A stretch of 64,000 nucleotides of DNA from assembly GCA_021204865.1 (NCBI GenBank), contig JAJPYQ010000046.1, positions 257 to 64,256 on the forward strand, given 5' to 3'. The translations under genes were made by a program, and so were the position numbers. The notes beneath the pieces were generated by a model. That model searched no databases and was not told the DNA's origin. It saw only the letters and a list, made by a program, of their open reading frames with translations. Shown in pieces: positions 63,223 to 64,000 of the stretch; position 1 is the stretch's first letter, and every line of letters begins with the position of its first letter. The stretch is from Prevotellaceae bacterium (GTDB taxonomy: Bacteria > Bacteroidota > Bacteroidia > Bacteroidales > Bacteroidaceae).

Positions 63223-64000
63223 ATGAAAAAGGAAACGTTACTCACTTTGGCCCTTGGGATGGCACTGCCGCTGTCTCTGGGCGTGACCAGCGTGCGGGCG
63301 CAAGGGGAAGCCTCGGAGGGCACCACCCTTACGCTCGACCTCGGCGGCGGCACAGCCACGAGGAACGACAACACAGTGCAGCAACCGGGAGGCTCTGCCT
63401 TCGTCAGGTGGGAGAGCGGCACTACGCCTGTGGTGACCCTCGAGGAGGTAAGCACCACCGCCAACAACATGGAGTTCGCCTCCGAGAGCAGCCTCAGGCT
63501 CTCGGAGGGAGGAAGCACGTCCTTCGGCTACACCCTCTCGGTGGCTGAGGGCTACTACATCTCGGAGCTTACCCTTCGGGGCACGCTCTCGGCTGCTGAC
63601 CTCAGCGTGACGATAGACTCAAGCACTAAGCTTAGCGTGGAGGAGGATGACGCAGAGGTGCAGCAGACCATCACGGGCATCAATAAGCCTGAGGTGCGGC
63701 TCTTGCTCAAGGGCAACGACACCGGCGAGGCGCTGACCCTGACGGAGCTCTCGGTGAAGGTGGTGCAGGGGACGCCTAACCCCGTGTCCATAAGCGGCTT
63801 GCACGTGACCAGCGTCTCCGAGACGGTAGCCTCGGGCGTGGAGGAGGGCAAGTGGTACGCCCTCGCCTCGGCAGGCAGCAACGCAGGGGGCAAGTTCGTG
63901 TACTACAACGCAGAGGCGACCAACGAGCAGTACGCCACGCCCTTCACCGAAGGCACTAACCTAAGCGACTACGTCTCTGTTGGTATGACCGCCGAGGACG
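63223..64000 (+). CDS. modular surface protein, paralogue 3 (5' part only; runs off the window)
   Basis: Own translation: MKKETLLTLALGMALPLSLGVTSVRAQGEASEGTTLTLDLGGGTATRNDNTVQQPGGSAFVRWESG...GYYISELTLRGT...GLHVTSVSETVASGVEEGKWYALASAGSNAGGKFVYYNAEATNEQYATPFTEGTNLSDYVSVGMTAED. It is colinear with paralogue 2. No stop occurs before the window end, so it is not in the ORF track. Confidence 0.75.
   Translation, partial: MKKETLLTLALGMALPLSLGVTSVRAQGEASEGTTLTLDLGGGTATRNDNTVQQPGGSAFVRWESGTTPVVTLEEVSTTANNMEFASESSLRLSEGGSTSFGYTLSVAEGYYISELTLRGTLSAADLSVTIDSSTKLSVEEDDAEVQQTITGINKPEVRLLLKGNDTGEALTLTELSVKVVQGTPNPVSISGLHVTSVSETVASGVEEGKWYALASAGSNAGGKFVYYNAEATNEQYATPFTEGTNLSDYVSVGMTAED

Overview
The window reads as a Bacteroidota (probably Bacteroidales) chromosomal segment. 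This is inferred from about a dozen TAnnTTTG-type -7 promoter boxes upstream of start codons, several T9SS-type C-terminal sorting tails, a type III glutamine synthetase and a DapL-type lysine pathway. All calls come from reading the sequence and ORF track; no searches were run, so domain names are motif recognition, not database hits.

Most of the window is housekeeping, on GC-rich, strongly GC3-biased DNA:
- lepA, pheT, yebC, radA, metA, dapF, dapL, GSIII
- an ABC-F ATPase, an M13 peptidase, a U32 peptidase and a Crp/Fnr regulator
- a GH89 glycosidase gene that runs off the left edge

The standout is a visibly AT-richer block at about 31.1-48.6 kb. Its core (33780-47728, minus strand) is a tightly packed 12-gene unit ending in a strong rho-independent terminator. 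It encodes:
- four FHA proteins carrying five FHA domains
- two Hanks-type Ser/Thr kinases, one with a non-canonical HRDIDPSN catalytic loop
- two membrane-anchored PP2C phosphatases
- an FHA-FHA-TM-trypsin-like protease fusion
- four exported or outer-membrane partners: a secreted protein, a WG-repeat protein with zinc ribbons, a small beta-barrel and a lipoprotein

No cell-division, T6SS or other known partner genes of FHA/STK/PP2C modules are present. I regard this cluster as the candidate undescribed system: a trans-envelope phospho-threonine switch coupled to a periplasmic protease. A 0.97-kb ORF-free region with promoter-like boxes, hairpins and direct repeats lies upstream of it.

Other notable items:
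- Three families of 22-24-bp intergenic tandem arrays, two of which recur about 50 kb apart.
- A paralogous family of modular T9SS surface proteins; the two complete genes are each followed by a conserved unannotated ORF of about 55 codons and a terminator.
- A secreted Trp/Tyr/Gly plus RGG low-complexity protein in an operon with a FadL/PorV-like barrel.
- A decayed Fic gene.
- A probable in-frame insertion in a 2-hydroxyacid dehydrogenase.
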